A stretch of 56,932 nucleotides of DNA, taken from positions 2,303-59,234 of the forward strand of contig JBFMDQ010000007.1 of assembly GCA_040753955.1 (NCBI GenBank). Reading direction: 5' to 3'. The stretch comes from Nitrospirota bacterium. Lineage in GTDB: Bacteria > Nitrospirota > Thermodesulfovibrionia > Thermodesulfovibrionales > SM23-35. The notes under the pieces are model-generated. The model was given only the letters and a program-made list of their open reading frames with translations, did no database searches and had not been told where the DNA came from. The position numbers and the translations under genes were made by a program. Positions 30,002 through 39,495 of this stretch are shown here, one piece after another (position 1 is the stretch's first letter; each line of letters opens with the position of its first letter).

Positions 30002-31384
30002 ATGCTCGATAAGGACCTTCTTTTAAAGGTCTTGAAGAAGACCCTCTCATCCGGAGACGAATATGCAGAGATATTCGTAGAGCATAAAAAGCCCATCTTC
30101 ATCCACCTGGAAGACAGGAAGATTGAAAAAGTAATCACAGGTGTTGATTATGGTCTGGGCATCCGCCTCATTTATAATGGTAGATCTGCCTATGCCTACA
30201 GCAACGACCTGTCTGAAGAATCACTGCTAAGGGCTGCATCTGAAGTAAGCAGGGCTGCACCTGGCAAGGCTACCGATTCTGTTATTGACCTGAGGATCAA
30301 AACTCCCTCTGTTTCCTTTAGTATAAAGCTCTTTCCAGAAAATATACCCGTAGAGAAAAAGATATTCCTTGTTAGAAAGGCTGATAGTGTTGCAAGGGGC
30401 TACGACCGCCGAGTGAGACAGGTCAGTGTCATATACAATGACTTTATCCAGAACGTCCAGATTGCAACAACAGATGGAACAATCGCTGAGGACGAAAGGG
30501 TTCACACACTGACAGTAATCCAGGTGATCGCTGCAGATGACGGTATTATACAGACAGGATACGAATCCACAGGTGGCTTTATCGGCTTTGAACTCTTTGA
30601 TGAAACAGATATAGAAGAGTTAAGCCTGAAAGCAGCAAAAAGGGCTGTGATGATGCTTACTGCGAGAAGGGCACCTGGCGGAAGGATGCCTGTTGTTATT
30701 TCATCTGAGGCAGGAGGCACTATGATACATGAAGCTATAGGCCATGGCCTTGAGGCTGATTTTGCACAGCAAGGGTTATCAGTCTACTCGAAGAAGATAG
30801 GGCAGCAGGTTGCATCCCCTCTTATAACAGTAATAGATGACTCAACTATTCAAAAGAAGAGAGGCTCCTTCAGGTTTGATGATGAAGGTACCCCCTCCCA
30901 GCAGAGTGTCCCTGTAGAAAGGGGTATTTTAAAAAGCTACATATACGATAAATTAACTGCATTAAAAGATGGGGTAAAGTCAACAGGCAATGGAAGGCGG
31001 CAATCGTACCAGCATAGGCCTATACCAAGAATGACCAATACATTTATTGCACCTGGTGAAATGCCTCCAGAGGAAATTATAAACTCTGTAGAGTACGGCC
31101 TGCTTGTCAAAAAAATGGGGGGAGGACAGGTAAATACAATTACAGGTGATTTTGTTTTTGAGGTGCAGGAGGGCTATCTTATCAACAAAGGCAGGATAGA
31201 AGAACCTGTAAGAGGCGCAACTCTTGCGGGAAACGGGCCAGAGGTCTTGAAATCCATAGATATGGTTGGTTCTGACTTAGGATTTTCTATCGGGACATGT
31301 GGTAAAGATTCTCAGGACGTCCCTATCTCGGATGCAATGCCAACAGTCAGGATCCCTGAGATGGTAGTCGGTGGCGAGGTATAA
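30002..31384 (+). CDS. tldD: TldD metalloprotease
   Basis: HEAIGHGLEAD, DDEG, GNGRR, PRMTNT, CGK..Q. Confidence 0.93.
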   Translation: MLDKDLLLKVLKKTLSSGDEYAEIFVEHKKPIFIHLEDRKIEKVITGVDYGLGIRLIYNGRSAYAYSNDLSEESLLRAASEVSRAAPGKATDSVIDLRIKTPSVSFSIKLFPENIPVEKKIFLVRKADSVARGYDRRVRQVSVIYNDFIQNVQIATTDGTIAEDERVHTLTVIQVIAADDGIIQTGYESTGGFIGFELFDETDIEELSLKAAKRAVMMLTARRAPGGRMPVVISSEAGGTMIHEAIGHGLEADFAQQGLSVYSKKIGQQVASPLITVIDDSTIQKKRGSFRFDDEGTPSQQSVPVERGILKSYIYDKLTALKDGVKSTGNGRRQSYQHRPIPRMTNTFIAPGEMPPEEIINSVEYGLLVKKMGGGQVNTITGDFVFEVQEGYLINKGRIEEPVRGATLAGNGPEVLKSIDMVGSDLGFSIGTCGKDSQDVPISDAMPTVRIPEMVVGGEV

Positions 31385-31468
31385 CACTGTGTCAAATACT
31401 ACACAACCCATAGATGATAAGCAACACCACTATGCCTCTAAATCATTTATTTAACAACAGATTATCGC

Positions 31469-31484
31469 TGGCATTATATTTGCA
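31469..31484 (+). promoter_or_regulatory. Sigma54 (-24/-12) promoter of lpxC
   Basis: TGGCATTATATTTGCA with GG-N10-GC spacing; IHF-like AATCATTTATTTA at 31441; TGTGT-N8-ACACA at 31388-31405. Confidence 0.7.
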
Positions 31485-31499
31485 GAAAATATTCAGCAG

Positions 31500-32369
31500 A
31501 TGATTATGCGACTGCAAAGGACCCTAAAACAGGAAGTGAGCTTTGAAGGCATCGGACTGCATACGGGGCAGTACTCAAAAGTTCGCCTCAAACCGGCACA
31601 GAGGGATACAGGTATAATATTTGTAAAGCCAGATAAAGAGATAATTATAAGGGCCTCTATGGGTTCGGTTATAGATACTGCCTTTTCAACCACGCTCGGG
31701 TATAACGGGGTGAAGATCAGGACTGTTGAACACATTCTTGCAGCCTTATCTGGCCTCGGGATAGATAATTTGATCGTGGAAGTTAATGGGCCTGAGATAC
31801 CCATCCTTGACGGAAGCTCAATAGAATTAATAAGCGTAATCTTTAAGGGTGGAATCGCAAGGCAGAGCAAGAAAAGACCCTATATCAGAATAACAAACCC
31901 TGTGGTCTTCACTGACGGTCACACCAAGATTGCAGCCCTTCCCTATAATGGAAGACGAATAACATACAGGATTCATTTTAATCATCACCTGCTCGGAGAG
32001 CAAAGGTTAAGCTTAGAACTTTCAGAGGAAATCTTTGTGAAAGAAATAGCCCCTGCAAGAACCTTCGGTTTTCTCAAGGATGTCAAATACTTAGAGGCAA
32101 ATGGATTTGCAAAGGGTGGTTCCTTTGAAAACGCTATAATACTCAGTAAAGACGGTGTATTAAATTCTTCCGGCCTTAGGTTCAAAGACGAATTCGTACG
32201 CCATAAAATGCTTGATCTGATAGGTGACTTTTCATTAATCGGATTTCCCATTTACGGTCACATCGTTGCCAGTAAGTCAGGCCATACGACAAACCTGAAA
32301 TTCCTGAAAAAGCTCCTCTCCTACCAGGACTGCTGGGAAATAGTCTCAGAGATACCACAGCTATTCTAA
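31500..32369 (+). CDS. lpxC: UDP-3-O-acyl-GlcNAc deacetylase
   Basis: QRTL, GIGLHTG, TVEH, PILDGS, ARTFGF, HKMLDLIGD, GH. Confidence 0.97.
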   Translation: MIMRLQRTLKQEVSFEGIGLHTGQYSKVRLKPAQRDTGIIFVKPDKEIIIRASMGSVIDTAFSTTLGYNGVKIRTVEHILAALSGLGIDNLIVEVNGPEIPILDGSSIELISVIFKGGIARQSKKRPYIRITNPVVFTDGHTKIAALPYNGRRITYRIHFNHHLLGEQRLSLELSEEIFVKEIAPARTFGFLKDVKYLEANGFAKGGSFENAIILSKDGVLNSSGLRFKDEFVRHKMLDLIGDFSLIGFPIYGHIVASKSGHTTNLKFLKKLLSYQDCWEIVSEIPQLF

Positions 32370-32449
32370 AAAATCCTTTATTTTCAACAAGTTATAAATT
32401 TTACTTGAATTTTTCAAAAATTGAGTTTTATTATTATATAGAAGACCGC

Positions 32450-32484
32450 AAAAAAGGAAGGCTGGAGAATTTCTTCTCCAGCCT
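32450..32484 (-). terminator. Intrinsic terminator after the small basic peptide
   Basis: AGGCTGGAGAA-TTTC-TTCTCCAGCCT stem with a nearby T-tract on the minus strand. Confidence 0.7.
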
Positions 32485-32510
32485 GAAATCGCATGTGCGT
32501 GTAAGGGAAA

Positions 32511-32573
32511 CTATTTCTTTTTCTTTGCGGGCTTCTTTGCGGTCTTCTTTGCGGCTGCCTTCTTTGCTGCCAT
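32511..32573 (-). CDS. 20-aa Lys/Ala-rich peptide MAAKKAAAKKTAKKPAKKKK
   Basis: Strong Shine-Dalgarno AAAGGGGGTGA, ATG to TAG, own terminator; below the ORF-track size cutoff. Confidence 0.8.
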   Translation of the reverse strand: MAAKKAAAKKTAKKPAKKKK

Positions 32574-32636
32574 TAAATATTCACCCCCTTTCTAGCCCGC
32601 ACTTACTTGCGCAGGTAAGTGCGGGATACTCTGAGC

Positions 32637-33182
32637 TCACAGTCTGCCTATTAGGGTAATCCTTTTACCTGATAAGAGTCTTTTCAGATTAGCATCACCC
32701 TTCTTTTTCTTAAGTCTGTATTCGTCCTCGTCAGTTATAGTGCAGTTAACCTTTAGATCAAACCTTCTTTCAATATCCTTAAGTTCTTTTGTAAGGGACG
32801 ATAGTGCACCGATAACAAAAAGGTTTACAGTATCCACATCGTCCCCTTCTGCATACGGACCGTAAAGAAAAGCGGCCTTTGTACCAGAGGCCCTCAAGAC
32901 TGCCTTGAGTGCACCTGGCAGCCCAAGAGACTTTGTTATCAAATTCTTCAGCTCAGAAAACAGAGGTGAATCTTTGTTCGCTCGAAAATACTTGAGATTG
33001 GCAACCTTTTCGCCAATCACCATACCCATCTTTTCAAGATTGTCAAGTTCCCTCTTCACGCCGGAGGGATTTTTTCTAAGGAGCTTTGCAATCTCTCTAA
33101 TATAGAACTGCTCGTCTGGGCTGTTCAGAAGCAGCGAAAGAACATCTGCCCTTATTGATGATGAAAATAAACTCTTTAACAT
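32637..33182 (-). CDS. Winged-HTH plus degenerate minimal nucleotidyltransferase-like domain
   Basis: LFSS..R..L..L, YIREIA, V.REL.NLE..G; C-terminal LYGPYAEG...VNLFVIG; TTGACA-N17-TATAAG promoter at 33200-33228. Confidence 0.8.
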   Translation of the reverse strand: MLKSLFSSSIRADVLSLLLNSPDEQFYIREIAKLLRKNPSGVKRELDNLEKMGMVIGEKVANLKYFRANKDSPLFSELKNLITKSLGLPGALKAVLRASGTKAAFLYGPYAEGDDVDTVNLFVIGALSSLTKELKDIERRFDLKVNCTITDEDEYRLKKKKGDANLKRLLSGKRITLIGRL

Positions 33183-33515
33183 CCACTCACCTATATAAAC
33201 TTATACAACAAAAATTTCTATTTGTCAACAAAAAAATTATATTTAAAAACAAATAATGCATTTTAGTGAACGATATTTAAAATGCTATTTTTAGAACAAT
33301 TGTTCTGAAATCTTGAACTCTCGTTTATCTGATCATCTGCCTGACCTTTCTCAGTTCTCGTAATCACCGAACTCTCTTCTTTGGTATCCTCCAATCCTCT
33401 CGTCTCCAGCGAGTTAAGGTTAAATTTAGATGATCCATTGCAGACATTGACAATCTCATGCTGATTATATTATTTTATTTAAAATCCTTTTGAAGGTGTT
33501 CAATAACAAATGTGG

Positions 33516-33604
33516 TTTACCCGCAGCAAAGCAAACTTGGTACGGGGCACAGGTGTGAAGCCTCTGTGCACAGGGGCTGAGTAAAGCCGTGGTGCGGGGT
33601 TTAC
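33516..33604. mobile_element. TTTAC-bounded miniature palindrome in the rplM leader
   Basis: TTTACCCGCA...GGTGCGGGGTTTAC; same right end as 44978-45116. Confidence 0.55.
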
Positions 33605-33629
33605 TTCAGGGGTGAAAAAAGGTGAGAGT

Positions 33630-34061
33630 ATGAAAACTCAATTTGCCTCAAAGGGTGATATCAAAAGAAAGTGGTATCTCATTGATGCTGAAGATGCTAT
33701 TCTCGGAAAGCTTGCAACGAGGATAGCCACTCACCTTCGCGGTAAAAACAAGCCAATATTCACTCCTAATATCGATACAGGCGACTTTATCATTGTTGTT
33801 AATGCAGATAAAGTAAGGCTTACAGGCAAAAAACTTGAGAATAAGATTTACTATCATCACTCAGGTTATCCAGGTGGTCTAAAGGCCGAGACTGCAAAAG
33901 AGCGTCTTAGCAAGAGACCAGAAAAGATCATAGCTGATGCGGTGTGGGGAATGCTTCCAAAGGGAAGGCTTGGAAGAGCAATGTTAAAGAAGCTTAAGGT
34001 ATACAGGGGACCTGAACACCCCCACAAGGCACAGAAACCGGAAATATTGCCCCTGAAGTGA
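33630..34061 (+). CDS. rplM: 50S ribosomal protein L13
   Basis: WYLIDA, LRGK.KP.FTP..DTGD, GYPGGLK, GMLPK; ATG 33630 follows AAGGTGA. Confidence 0.98.
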   Translation: MKTQFASKGDIKRKWYLIDAEDAILGKLATRIATHLRGKNKPIFTPNIDTGDFIIVVNADKVRLTGKKLENKIYYHHSGYPGGLKAETAKERLSKRPEKIIADAVWGMLPKGRLGRAMLKKLKVYRGPEHPHKAQKPEILPLK

Positions 34062-34076
34062 GCGGATAAGTCTGGT

Positions 34077-34121
34077 ATAAACCTCGTTAGAAAAGGTGGG
34101 GCTTTCTTTTAACGGGGTAAA
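34077..34121. mobile_element. TTTAC-family miniature palindrome (reverse orientation) between rplM and rpsI
   Basis: Minus strand reads TTTACCCCGTTA..AAAGCCCCACC..TAACGAGGTTTAT. Confidence 0.55.
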
Positions 34122-34131
34122 GGAGTTGTAA

Positions 34132-34524
34132 ATGGCTGAGATTCAATATTATGCAACGGGAAGGAGAAAAACATGTATAGCAAGGGTGACCATTGCTCCA
34201 GGGGATGGCCAGATAATAATAAACAAAAAACCTGTCAATGTCTATTTTCCAAGAGAGACATTAAGGATGATGCTACGTCAACCAATTGAGCTTGCCGGCA
34301 TAACAGGAAAATACAACATTACTGCAACAGTAAGCGGTGGTGGCCTCGCAGGCCAGGCAGGTGCAATAAGGCATGGCATAGCAAAGGCGATTGTTAATAT
34401 GGATAATGACCTTCGTCTAAGGCTAAAGAAAGAAGGCCTTCTCACAAGAGATCCAAGGGAAAAAGAGAGAAAGAAATATGGTCAGAAGGGTGCAAGGAAG
34501 AGATTCCAGTTCTCTAAGAGATAA
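34132..34524 (+). CDS. rpsI: 30S ribosomal protein S9
   Basis: [31 protein letters not shown]. Confidence 0.98.
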   Translation: MAEIQYYATGRRKTCIARVTIAPGDGQIIINKKPVNVYFPRETLRMMLRQPIELAGITGKYNITATVSGGGLAGQAGAIRHGIAKAIVNMDNDLRLRLKKEGLLTRDPREKERKKYGQKGARKRFQFSKR

Positions 34525-34526
34525 AA

Positions 34527-34622
34527 ATGGCAGTTACCAGTCGGCAGTCAACAGTTGTTAGTCAGATATCAAAAGGAAAGACGTCTTTGACTGCGGACTA
34601 TCGTCTATTGACTATCGACTGA
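34527..34622 (+). repeat. Empty inverted 7-nt repeat element forming a 31-codon bridging ORF
   Basis: CAGTnnn x5 (34531-34565) and nnGACTn x5 (34587-34621); ATG at 34527 to a TGA overlapping the argC ATG. Confidence 0.8.
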
Positions 34623-35662
34623 TGTTACGTGTTGCCATATGTGGTGGCAGTGGATATACGGGAGGCGAACTACTCCGTATCCTCTCAAAACACCCAGTAG
34701 TTTCAGTTACAGCAGCCACCTCAGAAAGATCAGCAGGGAAATCTGTAGTTGATCTTTTTCGGAACCTTCACAAATATTCAAACCTGATATACGAGCCGTT
34801 ACGTGTCGAAGATATCCTTGACAGGGCAGAACTATTTTTTATGGCCCTTCCGCATGGAGAATCGCAAGGGGCAGTGGACTTCTTCTTCAGGAACGGGAAG
34901 AAGGTTATTGACCTCTCTGCTGACTACAGATTCAAAGATATAAAGACATATGAAGAATGGTATGGGGTGTCCCATAAATTTCAAAGGACTCTTGAAAAGG
35001 CTGTCTACGGCCTCCCAGAGCTTTACCGTAAAAAGATCGCCAAGGCGAGCCTTGTGGCCAATCCCGGCTGTTATCCGACAGGTGCAATCCTTGGGTTATA
35101 TCCTGTCATAAAAAATAAACTCATTGATGTAGCCTCAATAGTTATAGATTCTAAGTCAGGGACAAGTGGCGCTGGAAGAAAGTCGGATGTCGAATACTCA
35201 TACTGTGAGGTAAACGAAGGGTTTAAGGCTTATGCTGTGGTAGGTCACAGGCATACACCAGAAATGGAACAGGAGCTTTCAGCCATAGCTGGTAAAGCTA
35301 TAAAGGTCAATTTTACACCTCACCTCGCCCCTTTTGACAGAGGGATACTCACAACTATGTACGTGAGGCTTATAAAGAGTGTGGATACAGAAAAAATTAT
35401 AGAACTTTATAAAAAGACATATACCAATGAACCATTTGTAAAGATTCTTGATGTTGGAAGATTTCCCAATGTGAAGAATCTACGCGGGACGAACCTATGT
35501 GAGATAGGGCTAATTGTAAACATAAGGACAAATACCCTTATTATAATTACTGCAATAGATAATCTTGTAAAAGGTGCTTCAGGGCAGGCTGTGCATAACA
35601 TGAACATCATGATGGGATTTGATGAAAAGACAGCACTTGACACCGCGGGTCTTTTCCCATAA
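34622..35662 (+). CDS. argC: N-acetyl-gamma-glutamyl-phosphate reductase
   Basis: GGSGYTGGEL, DLSADYR, ANPGCY, DNLVKGASGQA. Confidence 0.97.
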   Translation: MLRVAICGGSGYTGGELLRILSKHPVVSVTAATSERSAGKSVVDLFRNLHKYSNLIYEPLRVEDILDRAELFFMALPHGESQGAVDFFFRNGKKVIDLSADYRFKDIKTYEEWYGVSHKFQRTLEKAVYGLPELYRKKIAKASLVANPGCYPTGAILGLYPVIKNKLIDVASIVIDSKSGTSGAGRKSDVEYSYCEVNEGFKAYAVVGHRHTPEMEQELSAIAGKAIKVNFTPHLAPFDRGILTTMYVRLIKSVDTEKIIELYKKTYTNEPFVKILDVGRFPNVKNLRGTNLCEIGLIVNIRTNTLIIITAIDNLVKGASGQAVHNMNIMMGFDEKTALDTAGLFP

Positions 35663-35670
35663 AGCACTCC

Positions 35671-36846
35671 ATGAGTCCTAAAGGATTCCTCTTTTCTACT
35701 GCAGAGGCTGCGATCAAAGATACAGGCCGTAAAGACCTTGCCCTCATATACTCTGAGGCGGAGGCAGCTATAGCCGGGACATTTACAACTAATAAGGTCA
35801 AGGCAGCACCCGTAAAACTTAACATTAAAAAGATACGGTCAGGCAGAGGACAGGTAATAATGGTAAACAGTGGCAATGCCAACGCATGCACAGGAAAAAG
35901 AGGTCTGCAGGATGCCTCTGAGATGGCAGATCGTGTTGCCAGTTGCCTTAATATAAAACAATCTCTTGTTTATGTCTGCTCGACAGGTGTAATAGGTGTT
36001 CCCATGCCAATGGAACGAGTAAAACCAAAGATTCATGAACTGGTAAATAATCTTGGCAGGTCATCAATAGAAGATGTTGCAAAAGCAATCATGACGACCG
36101 ATACATTTCCAAAAATCGTGCATAAAAAGGTGAAGATTGGTGATATGGCAGGTTTAATCATCGGTATCTGTAAAGGTGCTGGCATGATATGGCCAAATAT
36201 GGCTACGATGCTCTGCTTTCTGATGACAGATGTTGCAGTACAGCAGAAGACGCTGGATAAGACACTGAAAGAAGCTGTAAGTCAGTCTTTCAATAGAATT
36301 ACTGTTGATGGTGACAGATCGACGAATGATACAGCACTCATAATGGCCAATGGCCGGCTCGGTAACCCTTTGATTACAGAGAGATCAGAAGCATACACCG
36401 CTTTCAAAAAGGCCGTTTATGATGCCACCACAGAGTTGTCAAGACTGATTGTTAAGGATGGAGAGGGTGCAACTAAGTTTATAGAGATAGAGGTGAAAGG
36501 TGCAAAGAGCAATGCGGATGCTGAAAGGGCTGCCTTTTCGGTGGCAAATTCAAACCTTGTAAAGACAGCCATTTATGGAAATGATCCAAACTGGGGACGT
36601 ATCATGGCAGCCCTCGGATACTCGGGTATCCCAATTAAAGAAGAGAAGGTGGATATCTATTTTGGTAAGGTAAAAATTGTGAATAAAGGATTAGGTACAG
36701 GAGAAGATGAGGATGCAAAGGAGGTCTTAAAGGAGAAAGAAATCAGAATAGTTATTGACCTACACCTCGGGAGGTCTTCTGTAAAAGTCCTGACCTGCGA
36801 TTTAACAGAGGATTACGTTAAGGTAAACAAAGCGTATAGAACCTGA
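35671..36846 (+). CDS. argJ: Ornithine acetyltransferase
   Basis: NSGNANACTG, IMTTDT, KGAGMI.PNMATML, DGEGATK. Confidence 0.97.
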   Translation: MSPKGFLFSTAEAAIKDTGRKDLALIYSEAEAAIAGTFTTNKVKAAPVKLNIKKIRSGRGQVIMVNSGNANACTGKRGLQDASEMADRVASCLNIKQSLVYVCSTGVIGVPMPMERVKPKIHELVNNLGRSSIEDVAKAIMTTDTFPKIVHKKVKIGDMAGLIIGICKGAGMIWPNMATMLCFLMTDVAVQQKTLDKTLKEAVSQSFNRITVDGDRSTNDTALIMANGRLGNPLITERSEAYTAFKKAVYDATTELSRLIVKDGEGATKFIEIEVKGAKSNADAERAAFSVANSNLVKTAIYGNDPNWGRIMAALGYSGIPIKEEKVDIYFGKVKIVNKGLGTGEDEDAKEVLKEKEIRIVIDLHLGRSSVKVLTCDLTEDYVKVNKAYRT

Positions 36847-36895
36847 AGCATTTTTAGTATGTCATTCTGAGCGAAGCGAAGAAGTGCTCGCTATT

Positions 36896-37147
36896 TCAGG
36901 ACTTTACAAACTTGTTATAAATCCACCCTATCAGTACGCCACTTATTAGGCCGTCAACAAAACCATAGATTAGGCCGAGGAGACTTCCCAATGGTGAGAT
37001 GGCATATCCTGGATAGAGAGACTGAGGAAGGGCTTCAAGAAATAACTTTCCGTATCCTGTGAAGTAAGAAAGCCATGTTGTTATAAATAATGCCCCGCCC
37101 CAGACTGCTCCGAGGGCGATACCTAACGCAACTGGCTTAAGTTTCAT
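36896..37147 (-). CDS. Small conserved two-TM membrane protein (similar proteins are sometimes labelled holin-like)
   Basis: ALG.A.G..WG, YPGY..S..GS..GL..GF.DG...G....WIYN; start moved to ATG 37147. Confidence 0.7.
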   Translation of the reverse strand: MKLKPVALGIALGAVWGGALFITTWLSYFTGYGKLFLEALPQSLYPGYAISPLGSLLGLIYGFVDGLISGVLIGWIYNKFVKS

Positions 37148-37191
37148 ATGTTTATTATACATAATTAAGATGGCCTTGTTATAATGTTTTC

Positions 37192-38202
37192 ATGAAAGAG
37201 GCGATGTTTTATGAAAAACTCGATGAAAAGGAAGTCAGGTGTTTCCTCTGTAATCACCGCTGTACGATCAAAAATGGAAAGAGGGGAATCTGTTTCGTGC
37301 GTGAGAACAGAGACGGCACTCTATATAGTCTTGTTTATGGTAAGGTTATCTCTATGAATATTGACCCTATAGAGAAGAAGCCCCTTTTTCACTTCCTGCC
37401 TGCTTCAACCTCCTTTTCCATTGCAACAGTAGGCTGCAATTTCCACTGCACACACTGCCAGAATTTTGGGATATCCCAGTATCCAAAGGAACACGGTGGA
37501 GACATTCCCGGGCAATCTGTTACTCCAGAGGCTATAGTAGAGGCGGCAGAGAGGTATGGTTGTAAGAGTATTTCATATACTTATACTGAACCAACAATAT
37601 TCTTTGAGTTTGCCTATGACTGCGCAAGGCTTGCACACGAAAGGGGTATAAAGAATGTCTTCGTGAGCAATGGATATACAAGCCCTGAGGCAACAAGGCT
37701 GATTGCACCCTATCTCGACGGAAACAATATAGATCTAAAAGGAGACAGTGAGCATTACAAGAAGGTATGTGGTGCAAGGCTTGAGCCTGTGAAAGAGACA
37801 ATAGCACTCATGAAGGAGCTTGGTGTATGGGTCGAGGTAACGACATTGATAATTCCTGATTATAATGACTCTGAAGAGGGTCTGAAGGATATAGCAGAAT
37901 TTATCAGATCAGTTGACCCCTTTATACCCTGGCATGTAACCCAGTTTTATCCGACATATAAATTGACTGATAAGCCAAGGACACCCATAAAGACACTGCG
38001 AAGGGCGAGAGATATCGGTTTTGAAACAGGCCTTAAATACGTGTATGAGGGCAATGTACCAGGAGAAGGTGGAGAGAATACCTATTGCCACCACTGCAAA
38101 AAGCTCCTCATCAAGCGCTTCGGCTTCAGCATTATCGAAAATAGGATTAAAGACGGAAGATGCCCAGAATGTGAGGTAGAGATTAAAGGTGTATGGTCAT
38201 AA
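37192..38202 (+). CDS. amrS: AmmeMemoRadiSam-system radical SAM enzyme
   Basis: C.LC.H.C, DPIEKKPLFHF, CNFHCTHCQN, YTYTEP, C-terminal CxxC pairs. Confidence 0.92.
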   Translation: MKEAMFYEKLDEKEVRCFLCNHRCTIKNGKRGICFVRENRDGTLYSLVYGKVISMNIDPIEKKPLFHFLPASTSFSIATVGCNFHCTHCQNFGISQYPKEHGGDIPGQSVTPEAIVEAAERYGCKSISYTYTEPTIFFEFAYDCARLAHERGIKNVFVSNGYTSPEATRLIAPYLDGNNIDLKGDSEHYKKVCGARLEPVKETIALMKELGVWVEVTTLIIPDYNDSEEGLKDIAEFIRSVDPFIPWHVTQFYPTYKLTDKPRTPIKTLRRARDIGFETGLKYVYEGNVPGEGGENTYCHHCKKLLIKRFGFSIIENRIKDGRCPECEVEIKGVWS

Positions 38203-38673
38203 TCACAGCTCAAGCATCATAATAACTGCATCCTCTCTCGGAAATGTGTAATAGTCCCTCCTGACATCCACAGGCCTGAAGCCAAGACGCTCGTAAAATC
38301 TTCTTGCACCAAGATTTGAAATCCTGACTTCAAGGTATAAGGACCTGCAACCTTTTCCCCTCAATTCATCCAGAACCTCTTCAACAAGTGCAGTAGCAAT
38401 GCCCCGTCTTCTCAGGTCAGGATGAACTGCAAGGTTCAGTATATGGCCTTCGTTGATCATATGGTTTACACATATATAGCCAATAACCTCGTCTTCAAGC
38501 ACAGCAACCTTCGTTATTGAATATGGATCGTGGATCTCGTTAAAAAAGGCAGCCTCAGACCAAGGGGTAGTGAAGGACATGCGCTCGATTCTTAAGACCT
38601 CAGGGATGTCAGAGGCATGCATATCTCTTATGAATATCTCAATTACTGAAGAGTCGTCGGTATTCTTTATCAC
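38203..38673 (-). CDS. rimI: Ribosomal protein alanine N-acetyltransferase
   Basis: IE..SF..PWS, NLAVHP..RRRGIA, LEVR.SN, R.DYY...EDA; follows tsaB. Confidence 0.93.
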   Translation of the reverse strand: MIKNTDDSSVIEIFIRDMHASDIPEVLRIERMSFTTPWSEAAFFNEIHDPYSITKVAVLEDEVIGYICVNHMINEGHILNLAVHPDLRRRGIATALVEEVLDELRGKGCRSLYLEVRISNLGARRFYERLGFRPVDVRRDYYTFPREDAVIMMLEL

Positions 38674-39449
38674 CCTGATCCTGCCGAAAGGTTACCCTCT
38701 ATCCTTTTAAGCTCGGCCTCTGATCTTCTTATATAAAATGGAACAAGGCTTATGGGCTCAGAGAATTCACCTCTCAGGGCCTTTTTTATTCCGATGTAGG
38801 CTACATTAGCCGGTGAAGGCACCATCTTTTCAGGGGATGCAAAGATAGCCCTCTCACCCGTCAGCTCTAAAATTTTATCTCTGTACAGGATTGTCCCGTC
38901 TCCTGTGAAAATAAGTCTTTCATGCGAAAACGATCTTCCAAATCCCCCTTTACTCCCCTTTACTAAAGGGGGGATGGGGGGATTATTTTCAGCAAGTCTT
39001 TCCAGAAGCCTGTCTACTTTTATTGACACCTCATCTATTAATCTTATAAAACCATCGTCTTTCCATTTAAATAAGGCAGCGTATACCTCCTTCTTTCTTG
39101 CGTCAAGCATAGCACAGACAGGATATTGGCAGAAGGGAAAATTCCATGCAAGTGCCTCAAGTGTGGGAACAGAGACGACGGGTTTTCCTGCAGCATATGA
39201 AAAACCTTTCACTGTGCTCAAACCTATCCTCAACCCTGTAAAAGATCCGGGACCTATAGCTACTGCAAAGAAATCCATGTCCGCTATCATGTATCCTGAT
39301 TGTTTCAAGACATGGTCTATAGATGTCATCAGCCTTTCTGAATGTGTTGATTTTATATTAAGCCTTACTTCAGCAATCAGACCCAAAAAATCATCCATGA
39401 TAGCCACGCCCCCGAGCATTGTCGATGTGTCTATTGCAAGGACTTTCAT
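38670..39449 (-). CDS. tsaB: t6A biosynthesis protein TsaB with an in-frame palindrome insert
   Basis: LAIDTS, HSE.L, GPGSFTGLRIG, DARKKEVY, P.YIR.S.AE. Confidence 0.95.
   Translation of the reverse strand: MKVLAIDTSTMLGGVAIMDDFLGLIAEVRLNIKSTHSERLMTSIDHVLKQSGYMIADMDFFAVAIGPGSFTGLRIGLSTVKGFSYAAGKPVVSVPTLEALAWNFPFCQYPVCAMLDARKKEVYAALFKWKDDGFIRLIDEVSIKVDRLLERLAENNPPIPPLVKGSKGGFGRSFSHERLIFTGDGTILYRDKILELTGERAIFASPEKMVPSPANVAYIGIKKALRGEFSEPISLVPFYIRRSEAELKRIEGNLSAGSG
38941..38984. repeat. C-tract/G-tract palindrome in frame within tsaB
   Basis: AATCCCCC..CCCCTTTACTAAAGGGG..GGGGGATT encodes NPPIPPLVKGSKGGF. Confidence 0.8.
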
Positions 39450-39495
39450 CACTCAAAATTAATATCTACCATTTTTTATCCCAGCCAAGATTTAG

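Noticed and set aside
36896-37162. Prophage holin
   Set aside because: No endolysin or other phage genes nearby.
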